From assembly GCA_020718085.1 (NCBI GenBank), contig DYDB01000003.1, positions 61,569 through 125,568 of the forward strand: a DNA stretch of 64,000 nt, read 5' to 3'. This stretch comes from Micavibrio sp. Its GTDB lineage: Bacteria > Patescibacteriota > Minisyncoccia > Moranbacterales > GCA-2747515. Below the pieces are notes generated by a model, which saw only the letters and a list, made by a program, of their open reading frames with translations, was not told the DNA's origin and did no database searches. Both the position numbers and the translations under genes were made by a program. Shown piece by piece: positions 39,260 through 49,626 of this stretch (within the stretch, counting starts at the first letter, position 1; the number at the start of each line of letters is the position of its first letter).

Positions 39260-39835
39260 TCATTCAACGATCACATAACCAGATTTGCTAGGATCGTCAC
39301 CTTTATCAATGTACAGATCATTTGTAGTAGTGCTCTCTTCTTCATCTTCTCCGTCCAAACACTCTTTTTTATCGATCTCTCCACCTTTTTTTACAATATT
39401 GTTATTGTGTGAAAGATCGATCATCACAAAATATTTTTTTGGAATTTTTCCTGTAAGGATCTCCGCAGAAAGGATCGACTCGCCTTGCTCTCCCGTCATC
39501 AATATTTTATTCAGTGTATATTTATCCAAACAATCCAACGGATCATCATCACAATCCCTGCACACGTCTGGTATTGTTTTATTGAGGATCTTTTCTAGAT
39601 TCTTATCAGAAGGGATCAATGAAAGATCTCCCGTAACTTCTAAGTGTTGACTTTTTGCTGCGACCTTTTCTTTCTCTGGTTCTGGTGAGATAAGTATTTC
39701 TCTTTTTTGGTATCCGTGTGTCATGTATGCAGCAGTGATCATAATCACAATGGCAACAAGCGACAATGTTCTGTAAAATCGCATCTCTCGCTGCTGTGTA
39801 TTATGGGTTTTCTTTTTTCTTTTTCTGTAGGACAT
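39260..39835 (-). CDS. Single-TM hypothetical protein
   Basis: Basic N-terminus, one TM helix, CRDC motif. Confidence 0.7.
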   Translation of the reverse strand: MSYRKRKKKTHNTQQREMRFYRTLSLVAIVIMITAAYMTHGYQKREILISPEPEKEKVAAKSQHLEVTGDLSLIPSDKNLEKILNKTIPDVCRDCDDDPLDCLDKYTLNKILMTGEQGESILSAEILTGKIPKKYFVMIDLSHNNNIVKKGGEIDKKECLDGEDEEESTTTNDLYIDKGDDPSKSGYVIVE

Positions 39836-39860
39836 ACATGTAACGGTTGTAATATAAATA

Positions 39861-39918
39861 AAAACGGGTGAAAAGGTTCCTTGCGCTTGTAACGCAATGG
39901 TCTTTTCACCCGTATTTT
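39861..39918 (-). terminator. Intergenic terminator/attenuator inside the filament locus
   Basis: ACGGGUGAAAAG...CUUUUCACCCGU stem followed by UUUU. Confidence 0.75.
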
Positions 39919-39962
39919 ACTTCAAGAAGATCTTTGAGCTTTTATATCAGCTGAAAGAAAGA

Positions 39963-40694
39963 CTAATTTGGAGAAGCGGCAACAGTCAAACGAAATGTTC
40001 CTGTTTCTGCATCAACCATATCAGCACCACAATCTACTACAAGGCCTAACTGACGTTGTTCTCCTGCAGGAATCGTAAATGCACCTGTTGTTGCTTGAGC
40101 AACTGACATTGCGCCAGCTACCACTTCCATCTTGATTGCTCCAAGAGGACCTGCGCCATTCAACCATTCTGTTAACGCTGCATAATTTGCAGGATTTGGC
40201 AATTCTGTTACTGCACCTCCTGTGCTATCAATACTTGATGTAACCAACATGATATCAGCTGTACCAGCTGTAAATGTATCAGCTACAGCAGGATTTCCGT
40301 TAAGATCAGCTTCAACAGTCAATGTTACATCCCAATCCTCTGCTGCAGTTGTGTTGTCAAGTTGAAGCACATCCGTATAATATGTACGATCACCTGCAAA
40401 ACAGGTAAACGAGATCTCTTCATGTGACAACTGTGTGTTTGCTGAGCCTGGAGTACCATCTCCAGAGTCATTGTTGGTGATTGTGTTGCCAATATTTACC
40501 GTAAGGTAATCTGTGGCGGCATCATCCGCACCGGCTACTTTTGCAATTGGAGGAGTGTCGACCACAACATCCCATTGCGTAAAGTTCTGTACCAAGATGG
40601 CACCGAGAACCGGAGCTCCAACAAATAGCATGAGTGCGAGAGCGATATACATCCCTCGTTTTTTGCCCATGCCGTTTTGTATTTGTTTTTGCAT
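39963..40694 (-). CDS. Secreted beta-rich protein, candidate TasA-like filament subunit
   Basis: Signal peptide ending VLGA; acidic, Ala/Thr-rich mature part; C-terminal strand TGTFRLTVAA. Confidence 0.6.
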   Translation of the reverse strand: MQKQIQNGMGKKRGMYIALALMLFVGAPVLGAILVQNFTQWDVVVDTPPIAKVAGADDAATDYLTVNIGNTITNNDSGDGTPGSANTQLSHEEISFTCFAGDRTYYTDVLQLDNTTAAEDWDVTLTVEADLNGNPAVADTFTAGTADIMLVTSSIDSTGGAVTELPNPANYAALTEWLNGAGPLGAIKMEVVAGAMSVAQATTGAFTIPAGEQRQLGLVVDCGADMVDAETGTFRLTVAASPN

Positions 40695-40731
40695 ACGCTT
40701 TTGTGAGCATATTATTTAATTACGCGAAGAA

Positions 40732-40881
40732 ATAAAAAAGCGAGTGAACTTTTTCATTCGTTGAAAATCCCCCCATATCACCCTAGAAAGAGTTTTATGA
40801 TTCGATTTTCTTCGAAGAAAAAGCCACCCGCTCTTTTGATCTTCTTATGTTCATTATACAGGAAATTTCTCATCGCGTCAA
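40732..40881 (-). promoter_or_regulatory. Promoter and structured ~150-nt 5' leader
   Basis: TTGACG-17-TATAAT (40853-40881); long-range stem AGCGGGUGGCUUUUUC/GAAAAAGUUCACUCGCU followed by UUUUU. Confidence 0.6.
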
Positions 40882-41000
40882 ATATCCAAAACGAATTCTG
40901 ACCATCGACAAATTTATTCCAATATGTTACGATGAATAAAGGAAAAAATGGCACATTGCCTTATTATTATTTTGAAACGAACCGTTTAAATTCACAACTT

Positions 41001-41663
41001 ATGCACATCACATACCATGGACTTTCTTGTTTTAAATTGATCGCAAAGACCGCCGGACGCGGCAGTGAAGATGTCACGATTGTTTTTGCACCATACGACA
41101 AAACTCTCGGGCTTCGCCCACCACAAGGGAATGCGGATATTGTCCTTGTTCCTCATCACGATCCTATGTTCAATAACTCCGACGCACTTCGTGGAAATCC
41201 TCTCATTATTGATCGACCCGGTGAATTTGCTGTCAAAGGCGTGAACATCGTTGGTAAAGATGCACCTGCAGATATGCGCGGAGGTGAAACACGTGGAAAT
41301 ACCGTTATTTTTGCGCTTGATGTGGAAGACTTGCGCATTGCCTACCTTGGCGCACTTGGCACCGATCTCATTCCTTCTGTATTGGACATGGTTGCAGGTG
41401 CTGATATTCTTTTGCTTCCAGTCGGAGATAAAGAGGGTATCGACGGAAAAACAGCAGAGGTACTTGCTCGCAAAATTGAACCAAAGATCATTATTCCCAT
41501 GCAATATCACGTCAAAGGTCTCAAATCCACCATTCTTCACGATGAACAAGACTTTTGTTCTCATATTGGCAATTGTCCGCGCACCAAAGAAGATAAATTG
41601 ATCGTCAAAAAGGCGGACTTGGAAAACAAAGCGATGGAAGTTGTTTTGTTGCAAGTAGTATAA
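41001..41663 (+). CDS. MBL-fold metallo-hydrolase (Lactamase_B_3-like, degenerate)
   Basis: ITYHGLSCF, ADIVLV.H, PGEFAVKG, DILLLPVG, IEPKIIIPMQY. Confidence 0.85.
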   Translation: MHITYHGLSCFKLIAKTAGRGSEDVTIVFAPYDKTLGLRPPQGNADIVLVPHHDPMFNNSDALRGNPLIIDRPGEFAVKGVNIVGKDAPADMRGGETRGNTVIFALDVEDLRIAYLGALGTDLIPSVLDMVAGADILLLPVGDKEGIDGKTAEVLARKIEPKIIIPMQYHVKGLKSTILHDEQDFCSHIGNCPRTKEDKLIVKKADLENKAMEVVLLQVV

Positions 41664-41679
41664 AAATTAAAACATAGCA

Positions 41680-41967
41680 ATGTTCGACAAAATCGAAAAA
41701 AAAGTACATGACATTCGTCGTGAACCGGAACATATTCGTATGCGTTATATGTGGGGTGCATTGGCGCTTTCTATGTCATTGATCATTTTCATCTGGATCA
41801 TGAGCATGAAAACTAGTTTTTTACAAATTCAGAATGATCCAGACATGCATCAGTCTCTTGATACACTGCAAGAACAGATCGACACAATAAAAGTTCCCGC
41901 TCAAGAAGAACCTGTTTCAATTGATGATCTTTTAGAAAATCCGACGAAAACGCAACCTGAACTGTAA
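41680..41967 (+). CDS. Small single-TM hypothetical protein
   Basis: IRREPEHIRMRY followed by a TM helix. Confidence 0.75.
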   Translation: MFDKIEKKVHDIRREPEHIRMRYMWGALALSMSLIIFIWIMSMKTSFLQIQNDPDMHQSLDTLQEQIDTIKVPAQEEPVSIDDLLENPTKTQPEL

Positions 41968-42133
41968 ATCTTACCACCCTTTTTGAAAAAGGGTTTTCCC
42001 ACACGTTCTGATAATATCTTTATTATAAGAATGTGTGGGAAACAAAAAAACACAAAAAACAAAGGGAAAATGTTTTTTGTGTTTTCGCGTTCGATAAGTA
42101 CAATAAAACACAGGGTTATAATATTCATAATTA

Positions 42134-44602
42134 ATGATTCCTATGATAAAAACACTGCCTCAGAAGCCAAATTTACAACAAATTACACCTCAACCTATTG
42201 TAGAAGAAATGCAAAAGTCCTATTTGGAATATGCTATGAGCGTGATTATCGCCCGTGCACTTCCTGATGTGCGCGATGGTCTTAAACCGGTACATCGCCG
42301 TATTTTATACTCCATGTGGAAATCTGGCCTCAAGCCAAGTGCAAAGTTCCGCAAAAGTGCAACTGTGGTTGGTGAAGTTCTTGGTAAATATCATCCGCAC
42401 GGTGATACTGCCGTTTACGACACAATGGTACGCTTGGCGCAGGATTTTTCCCTTCGTTATCCACTTATCTGGGGTCAGGGTAACTTTGGCTCTATGGATG
42501 GAGACAGTGCTGCTGCATATCGCTATACAGAAGCTAAACTTATGCCAATTGCAGAAGAAATGCTTTTTGATATTGAAAAAAATACTGTCAACTTTCGCCC
42601 AAACTTTGACGGCGTGCATCAAGAGCCTACAGTGCTTCCTGCAAAGTTGCCGCAACTTCTCTTGAACGGTACGATGGGTATTGCTGTCGGTATGGCAACG
42701 AACATTCCCCCACATAACCTGCGCGAACTCACTGGCGCAATCACACATCTCATTGATCAACCAAAGGCAGATGTTGACGACCTCATGCAATTTGTCACAG
42801 GTCCAGATTTTCCAACCGGCGGCATGATCTACAATCAAAAAGACATCCGCGAAGCCTATGCAACAGGTCATGGAAAGATCACAATGCGTGCAAAAGTTGA
42901 CATTGTCGAAAGTAAAAATGGACAATTTTCTATCATCGTAACGGAAATAACATATCTTACAAACAAATCCACATTGATCGAGAAAATTGCTTCCCTCGTT
43001 AAAGACAAAAAGCTCATTGGCATAAAAGCACTGCGAGATGAGTCTTCAAATAAAGACGGTGTACGCATTGTGATGGATCTCAAAAAAGATGCTTACCCAC
43101 AAAAGGTGCTCAACAGACTTTATACACTGACAGACTTGCAAAAGAACTTCAACGTCAACATGCTTGCTCTCGTTGATGGGATTGAGCCACGCATTCTCAA
43201 CCTTAAAGAGATCTTGGAATATTACATCTTGCACCGTCGCGAAGTCGTCATTCGTCGCACACAATATGATCTTGATAAAGCCCGCGATCGCGCGCACATT
43301 CTTGAAGGTTTGTCCAAAGCGTTGGATCATATTGACGAAGTAATTAATACCATCAGAAAATCACAAACCAAAGAAACGGCACATGAGAACTTGCGCAAAA
43401 AATTCAAATTCTCCGATCTTCAAGCAACTGCAATTTTGGAGATGCGTCTTCAAACACTTGCTGGATTGGAACGTAAAAAAATTGATGATGAACTTAAGGA
43501 AAAATTGCGTCTTATCAAACAGTTGGAAGCAATCCTAAAAAGCGATAAGTTGCAAAAGCAAATCGTCAAAGATGAACTGCTTGCACTTACGGAAAAATTC
43601 GGAGATGCTCGTAAAACCAAAGTTTTTAAGTCTGCTGTCGGTGAATTTAAACAAGAAGACTTGGTGCCAAACGAGGAGGCGATCATTACAATTACCACGG
43701 ATGGTTATGTCAAACGCATGAATCCTATCGTCTATCGCGTGCAAAAACGTGGTGGCAAAGGAGTGATCGGTGCAACGACAAAAGAAGATACGAGTGTTGC
43801 ACATATGCTTTCTGTGATGACACATGATAACCTCTTCTTTTTTACTAACACAGGAAAGGTATATCAAACGAAAGCATACGAGATCCCTGAATCAGCACGT
43901 ACAGCAAAAGGCAATGCGATCGTAAATTTCCTCCAGCTTGCACAAAATGAAGAAGTGACAGAAATTATTCCATTCAATAGTGATGATCAATATAAATTTC
44001 TCTTCATGGCAACAAGTTACGGGGTTGTAAAAAAAGTAAAGATCAAAGATTTTGATAACGTTCGTCGTTCAGGACTGATCGCGATCAACCTTGAAGCTGG
44101 GGACAAACTTCACTGGGTCAAACCAACTACCGGCACAGACAACATCATTCTTTCCACAGCTCTAGGTCAAGCTGTCCACTTCCGAGAAAACAATGTTCGC
44201 GCAATGGGTCGCAATGCATCTGGTGTACGTGGCATCAAACTCAAAAAAGATGACTATGTGGTTGGCATGGATGTTATGTTCGCCAAACAAAAAGGTGCAG
44301 AATTATTTATCCTTACTGCAAACGGCTTTGGAAAAAAGACAAAGATCTCTCAGTACAAGATCCAGCGTCGTGGTGGTTCAGGTATCAAAACTGCCAAGGT
44401 CACACCAAAAACAGGATCGATCGTTAGCGCATATGTTGTAAGTGCAGACGATACAGACAGTGATGTGATCATCACAAGTGCCAACGGACAGATCATCCGC
44501 ACACCACTCAAACACATCTCCACACTTTCTCGTGCCACGCAAGGTGTGCGCATCATGAAGCCAAGAGCAGGCGACACAATCGCTGCTGCAACGATCTTAT
44601 AA
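42134..44602 (+). CDS. gyrA: DNA gyrase subunit A
   Basis: [29 protein letters not shown], GyrA box QKRGGKG. Confidence 0.98.
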   Translation: MIPMIKTLPQKPNLQQITPQPIVEEMQKSYLEYAMSVIIARALPDVRDGLKPVHRRILYSMWKSGLKPSAKFRKSATVVGEVLGKYHPHGDTAVYDTMVRLAQDFSLRYPLIWGQGNFGSMDGDSAAAYRYTEAKLMPIAEEMLFDIEKNTVNFRPNFDGVHQEPTVLPAKLPQLLLNGTMGIAVGMATNIPPHNLRELTGAITHLIDQPKADVDDLMQFVTGPDFPTGGMIYNQKDIREAYATGHGKITMRAKVDIVESKNGQFSIIVTEITYLTNKSTLIEKIASLVKDKKLIGIKALRDESSNKDGVRIVMDLKKDAYPQKVLNRLYTLTDLQKNFNVNMLALVDGIEPRILNLKEILEYYILHRREVVIRRTQYDLDKARDRAHILEGLSKALDHIDEVINTIRKSQTKETAHENLRKKFKFSDLQATAILEMRLQTLAGLERKKIDDELKEKLRLIKQLEAILKSDKLQKQIVKDELLALTEKFGDARKTKVFKSAVGEFKQEDLVPNEEAIITITTDGYVKRMNPIVYRVQKRGGKGVIGATTKEDTSVAHMLSVMTHDNLFFFTNTGKVYQTKAYEIPESARTAKGNAIVNFLQLAQNEEVTEIIPFNSDDQYKFLFMATSYGVVKKVKIKDFDNVRRSGLIAINLEAGDKLHWVKPTTGTDNIILSTALGQAVHFRENNVRAMGRNASGVRGIKLKKDDYVVGMDVMFAKQKGAELFILTANGFGKKTKISQYKIQRRGGSGIKTAKVTPKTGSIVSAYVVSADDTDSDVIITSANGQIIRTPLKHISTLSRATQGVRIMKPRAGDTIAAATIL

Positions 44603-44609
44603 AAACTCA

Positions 44610-44640
44610 CAAAAACAGCTCTTTTTAAGAGCTGTTTTTG
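44610..44640. terminator. Bidirectional terminator
   Basis: caaaaacagctctt / aagagctgtttttg between convergent genes. Confidence 0.8.
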
Positions 44641-44656
44641 TAATTGTGCACCACAT

Positions 44657-45061
44657 TCACATCATAAAAACATAGAGGAAACTTGCGATCCCCGTCACAG
44701 CAAGTTCAAGAAGCGGACTAATCCCAATTCCCTGCACGAGCGGCATGTGTAAGGAATATTTCCAACGACCCATTTTTAATGATATTTTTTCATCCAAAAA
44801 AGAAAATAGTAGTGATAAAAAAACAAAAAATATCAATTGAACAGGATTCTCTAAAATATGTATGCTTTTGAAAATCCAGACACTTATAAGAAAAAAGAGT
44901 GTTACAAAAAAACCATCTTTCAGAGATGCAAAAATAATCAATGAAATAAATCTTTTGAGTGGAGCAATCAAACATGTAATATAAAGTTGACTGTGAACAA
45001 CCTCCCATAATAAATTAATGAGAAAAGATATAAAAAATATTTCAATTAAATAATATAGCAT
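44657..45061 (-). CDS. Hypothetical membrane protein
   Basis: NLLWEVVH..LY, GRWKY..MP..GIGISPL; four TM segments. Confidence 0.75.
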   Translation of the reverse strand: MLYYLIEIFFISFLINLLWEVVHSQLYITCLIAPLKRFISLIIFASLKDGFFVTLFFLISVWIFKSIHILENPVQLIFFVFLSLLFSFLDEKISLKMGRWKYSLHMPLVQGIGISPLLELAVTGIASFLYVFMM

Positions 45062-45172
45062 ATTAAGATCATATTTATATTTTTCATAATATCACATTAT
45101 AAAAAATAATTCTTAATCAAAAAACAACTTGGCAAACCAAGTTGTTTTTTGCTTTTCAGACTCTATCGTTAA

Positions 45173-45388
45173 TTATAGAAGTCCCATCAAATTGAAGAGT
45201 GTCATGGTCATTGCAGGCACAAGTGCAAGCAATACTGCGAACTCCGCATCATTGGATTTTCGGTGCAATCGGAAGCTTTTGATTTCTTCAGCTGGTGCTT
45301 CCACTGACACTTCCGGTGCGGGAGTTATTTCCTCTTGATTTCCGCCACATGAACATCCACATGTTGCGCATTTTTTAATTTCCGTCAT
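45173..45388 (-). CDS. Small tail-anchored protein with N-terminal CxxCGCxC
   Basis: 71 aa; own promoter upstream and terminator at 45118-45151. Confidence 0.75.
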   Translation of the reverse strand: MTEIKKCATCGCSCGGNQEEITPAPEVSVEAPAEEIKSFRLHRKSNDAEFAVLLALVPAMTMTLFNLMGLL

Positions 45389-45477
45389 ATTTTTATTTTA
45401 TGATTTATTTTTATTTTTATGATGCAATATATTGCATGTCACCTTAGCGCCGAGAATCGTTTTTTCTCAATCGACCT

Positions 45478-45571
45478 TTAAAAAAGAAAAACCGGGTGAC
45501 ATTTGGTCGTGATGACCACCCGGCTTCATTCATCATGTATATATTATAGCAAAAAAAATCGGCTCTGTCAA
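45478..45571 (-). promoter_or_regulatory. Promoter followed directly by a terminator-like leader hairpin
   Basis: TTGACA-17-TATAAT (45543-45571), then GCCGGGUG...CACCCGGU-UUUUCUUUUU. Confidence 0.6.
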
Positions 45572-45708
45572 TTCTGCACATGAAAATGTTTTTTCACAAT
45601 TGATAATCTTTCTGATCACGAATATAATATATCCGATAAATTATAAATTTTATTCTTATTGAAAACATAACTTGTGTTATTGCGTAATACTTGTACTATA
45701 AATAGCAT

Positions 45709-46875
45709 ATGGAAAGAAGATTTTATCAGAAAAAAAGATTTTATGTTTTTTGTGCGATCCTTACGATAATCGGCACAATAGGTTTTATGATGCCTAGATT
45801 CATAGCAAAAAACGAGCAAATTCCCACATTTGCAATTCCACCTCATGTACAACACATCGGTGATCCCATTGCCGACGTGCCTCAAAAAGTATGGCCTGTT
45901 CCAAACATCAATAGGATGAAGACGCATGGCTGCGTCGCTGACGGCTTACTTAGCGGATATAACCGTACAAGCAAAGATGTCAAAGTTGCTGCAGAAAGCG
46001 ATTGTTATTTTTTTTCTCGCGCAATTGAAACATGGCTTGACGCACCGGATTTTCATCAAGCACAAGAGATCATCGATGAAATAGGCCGAGATGATGTGCA
46101 GTATGGCATGTTCATCGCCGAAGCGATCAATAAAAAGGAAAATTATATTTATTATGATGAGTCACGTCGATTTGATTTTGACAAAATGTGCAAGAACGGC
46201 TCAAAAAATTTTTGGGGTGAGCACACATGCAAACCATCTTTGGGCGAACAAGAATACCGTGCATATGTTCGCCAAATTACGCGTGAAGCAATGGACATGG
46301 GCATACAAGTATTCCTTTTCGGACAAATTTACCACCAAGAGGAGGATATGGACGAGCCCTATGCACCTACTATGCTTGCAGAGATGCGCGAATATGCACG
46401 CAGTAAAAATATGCATATCATCATTGGTGCACAAACCAACGATATTCAGGATGAGGAATACCTTCAATTATTTGATTTTATTGAGGGCGGCATCGGATTA
46501 CATGCTGATGGAACCGTGGAGGATAACGCTTGTTTTTCTCGTTGGCATGATGGAGAGAATGGATGGTGTTGGGCATTATTGTGGAATGAACCATTTAAAT
46601 CAAAAGCAAAAGATGTTTTTGTCCATTTAGATTGGAGCGGCATAGTTGGTGATGACATGAGCACATTTACACGTATGAGCACTGAATTGCGACATCAAAC
46701 ATTGGCAGATCTTCATAAGAAATTCACATCACAAAATGTTGGTTTTCTCATGCCGATCATTGCACCGCTTGCCAAAGATAATGGAGGCTGTCATGGTCCG
46801 CGCAAAAGCTTCTATTCGCCAAGTATGAAATACGGATGCCCGGATTTAGATGCAATCAATGATATTCTCAAATAG
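45709..46875 (+). CDS. Membrane-anchored Cys/Trp-rich hypothetical protein (possible TIM-barrel hydrolase)
   Basis: 388-aa ORF with N-terminal TM; fold is a guess. Confidence 0.7.
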   Translation: MERRFYQKKRFYVFCAILTIIGTIGFMMPRFIAKNEQIPTFAIPPHVQHIGDPIADVPQKVWPVPNINRMKTHGCVADGLLSGYNRTSKDVKVAAESDCYFFSRAIETWLDAPDFHQAQEIIDEIGRDDVQYGMFIAEAINKKENYIYYDESRRFDFDKMCKNGSKNFWGEHTCKPSLGEQEYRAYVRQITREAMDMGIQVFLFGQIYHQEEDMDEPYAPTMLAEMREYARSKNMHIIIGAQTNDIQDEEYLQLFDFIEGGIGLHADGTVEDNACFSRWHDGENGWCWALLWNEPFKSKAKDVFVHLDWSGIVGDDMSTFTRMSTELRHQTLADLHKKFTSQNVGFLMPIIAPLAKDNGGCHGPRKSFYSPSMKYGCPDLDAINDILK

Positions 46876-46890
46876 GATAAGCTATATTTT

Positions 46891-46920
46891 AAAAAAGCAT
46901 GCGTCAAAGCATGCTTTTTT
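46891..46920. terminator. Bidirectional terminator
   Basis: aaaaaagcatgc...gcatgcttttt between convergent genes. Confidence 0.7.
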
Positions 46921-46938
46921 AAAGATATATAAAGATTT

Positions 46939-48129
46939 TTAATAGATATATCCACGAATTACACGTGCATTTTGACTAAGTGTGCGCGTATTCACCACAC
47001 CCCACCCCTTATAGTTCATTTCTGAAATTGTAATAGTTCCATCGCCCACTGATTCCACATATGCCACATGTCCGTAGCGCGCATCTTCCGTTGTTACAAC
47101 AATTGCCCCAGCTTGTGGTTTTTTGCCCGTCGCCATCCCTGCCGCCTTGGCATTATACAACCATGCACCGGCATTACCGCGCCACGTTACTGTACGTTTA
47201 TTTGCTACATAGTATGTACAATATCCGTATGGAAAACTGTTGCCCGATCTACGAGTTTTTGCATTGTTTTTAACAATCGAACTGCCAAGATTTGTGCTTC
47301 CACTGCCTGTCGCCACATATTCACGCGGTGCAAAGAGCGGATCCGGCTCTGGTCTCGGAATATCCTTTTGTGCACCAGGAATGAAAATCTCCTCATCTAC
47401 GGCCAATTCACCATTTGCCGGCAATGTATTGTATGCAATAATCTCTTTTTCATCAACTTTATATTCCTTTGCAATTTTTTCAATTGTATCGCCAGATTTG
47501 ACTTTGTGTTTTACACCAGATTCCGGCAAAACGAAGATCGTATCGCCAGGTTTAATATCATCCACATCCTCAATTTCATTGGCAAAGAAAAGTGTTGCTG
47601 TTGTAATGCCGTGTTTTTGAGCAATTGTGCTAAGCGTATCACCCATTTGCACAGTATAAAGGATCACATCACCTTCGCTGTCAGGATCACTTGCACCTTC
47701 ACGACGCGGCGGAATGATCGCTGCATCACCCAAAAGTTCTTCCTGCGCATCAGCTAGAACATTCAATTGTGTTTGCTTACTTACAGCCTCCTTATCTTCA
47801 GATGAAGTTACGTTTGTTTGCACATCACTCACCATACCCCCATCCAAAACAATACTATCATCATCCTTATACACCATCGCACGTTGCACCTTTTTATTAC
47901 TCCAATGCCCCACCAAGAAAGAATCATCATGACTCTTTTTTGCAGAGATATTACCAAATATGATCAATGTTGCGATAATAGCGAGCATTGTCAAACTTCC
48001 ATTTTGTCTGATAAATCTCCCAACACCAAAATATGATCGCCTGCGAAAAGCCATCACCGTTGAACGTTCGATCACATAAAAATATTGTTGGATTTTTTTT
48101 AATACTTTGAGTATTTGTCGCAGTATCAT
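46939..48129 (-). CDS. LysM-LysM-CHAP peptidoglycan hydrolase
   Basis: YTVQMGDTLSTIA, HKVKSGDTIEKIA; CHAP YGYCTYYV, GNAGAW, YGHVAYVE, ISEMNY. Confidence 0.92.
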   Translation of the reverse strand: MILRQILKVLKKIQQYFYVIERSTVMAFRRRSYFGVGRFIRQNGSLTMLAIIATLIIFGNISAKKSHDDSFLVGHWSNKKVQRAMVYKDDDSIVLDGGMVSDVQTNVTSSEDKEAVSKQTQLNVLADAQEELLGDAAIIPPRREGASDPDSEGDVILYTVQMGDTLSTIAQKHGITTATLFFANEIEDVDDIKPGDTIFVLPESGVKHKVKSGDTIEKIAKEYKVDEKEIIAYNTLPANGELAVDEEIFIPGAQKDIPRPEPDPLFAPREYVATGSGSTNLGSSIVKNNAKTRRSGNSFPYGYCTYYVANKRTVTWRGNAGAWLYNAKAAGMATGKKPQAGAIVVTTEDARYGHVAYVESVGDGTITISEMNYKGWGVVNTRTLSQNARVIRGYIY

Positions 48130-48375
48130 TTTTAAGCGTTTAATACGCAGTAGTTCCTTGTATACAACTTACCATGTAAGATACACGACTTTTCGTCTAT
48201 ATCATCGATGGAAGTCTTACTTTTTAGGCTTATTACATTATAGGGATTTTTTTCATTTTGTCAAAGGAAAGTTCCTTCTTTATTCCCTTTTGACATTATA
48301 ACATTTTTAAAAAACAATGTATGAAACTTATGTTATAATGTACCTGTCATAAACACTTTTTAGCTCTCTATTATT

Positions 48376-49317
48376 ATGAAAAAAGATTTGTATGATCTCC
48401 TCTTGGATTATTTGGAATACTTGGAAGTAGAGTTGAATCGTAGCCAAAAGACAATTGAAAATTACAATCACTACTTGCAAAGATTTATTGAATTTATCGA
48501 CGATGTCTACGATGTAACGTCTCCCGAAAAGATCACATTGAACATGGTGCGCAAATATCGTGTTCACTTACACCGATTTGAAACAGACAGCGGAAAGACA
48601 TTTCAAACATCCACGCTCAATTATCATGTTATTGCATTGCGAAATTTTCTCAAATATCTTGCAAAACAAGACATTTCTACACTTGCCCCGGAAAAAATCG
48701 AAGTTGGAAAAAATCCTGACAGACAAGTGGAATTTCTCGAGCCTGAGGAAATTGAACGACTACTGCACGCGGCAAATGGTCCGGATCTAGCCTCCCAACG
48801 TGATCGTGCGCTTTTGGAGCTGCTCTTTTCTGCAGGATTGCGTGTATCAGAACTTATATCACTTGATCGCGAAGATATCAATTTGGAAAGACAAGAATTT
48901 AGCGTACGCGGCAAAGGTAATAAGTTACGTGTTGTATTTATCTCCGACACAGCAAAAAAAACTTTGCAAAATTATCTATCGAAAAGACGTGATATTGATC
49001 CTGCATTATTTGTACGCGTCCGCACCGGTACACACAAAGATGCAGATGCTGAGGGGTTAAGACTCACTCCGCGCAGCGCACAACGCATTGTCAAAAAATA
49101 TGCGCTTAAAGCCGGTATTGTCAAAGATGTACACCCACATACACTACGGCACACCTTCGCCACAGATCTTTTACAAAATGGAGCGGATATTCGCAGTGTT
49201 CAAGCCATGCTAGGTCATGCCAACATCACCACGACACAAATATACACCCATGTCACAAATCAAAATCTCAAAGGAATACATGATCGTTTTCATGGAAAGA
49301 AGAAGGCGAAGACATAG
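48376..49317 (+). CDS. xerC: Xer-family tyrosine recombinase
   Basis: RDRALLELLFSAGLRVSEL, GKGNK, HPHTLRHTFAT, LGHANITTTQIYTHV. Confidence 0.92.
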   Translation: MKKDLYDLLLDYLEYLEVELNRSQKTIENYNHYLQRFIEFIDDVYDVTSPEKITLNMVRKYRVHLHRFETDSGKTFQTSTLNYHVIALRNFLKYLAKQDISTLAPEKIEVGKNPDRQVEFLEPEEIERLLHAANGPDLASQRDRALLELLFSAGLRVSELISLDREDINLERQEFSVRGKGNKLRVVFISDTAKKTLQNYLSKRRDIDPALFVRVRTGTHKDADAEGLRLTPRSAQRIVKKYALKAGIVKDVHPHTLRHTFATDLLQNGADIRSVQAMLGHANITTTQIYTHVTNQNLKGIHDRFHGKKKAKT

Positions 49318-49330
49318 CTATGTCTTCGCC

Positions 49331-49489
49331 TCATGTGCGAGAAAACTTTTTGGGCGCAATGTATGCAATTATCATTGCCACAACTGTACACAAACTCACA
49401 ATTGCCATCGTAATAACAGCACATAGCCATAATCCTACGATAAACAGAATTGCTCCCACAGCCGCTCTGACACTTTGACCATTTTGCAT
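49331..49489 (-). CDS. 52-aa hydrophobic small protein (below the ORF-track cutoff)
   Basis: MQNGQSVRAAVGAILFIVGLWLCAVITMAIVSLCTVVAMIIAYIAPKKFSRT with SD GAGGT. Confidence 0.55.
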   Translation of the reverse strand: MQNGQSVRAAVGAILFIVGLWLCAVITMAIVSLCTVVAMIIAYIAPKKFSRT

Positions 49490-49626
49490 TGTGATTACCT
49501 CATCATTCAGAATGTGAAAATGCCATATAAAAACCTTTCTCTATTTGCATCATACACATAAAACCTTTTTTTTGTAAACAAAAAACACTCCCAATGAACA
49601 TGGGAGTGTCGTAAAATACAAATTTA

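Noticed and set aside
40992-41654. 220-aa minus-strand ORF
   Set aside because: Antisense shadow of the MBL-fold gene; no motifs.
48311-48338. Possible dif site near xer (TTATGTTATAA arm)
   Set aside because: No matching XerC arm at 6-bp spacing; better explained as a -10 box.
48376-49317. Integrase of a prophage or genomic island
   Set aside because: Typical chromosomal Xer sequence; no att repeats, tRNA or phage genes nearby.
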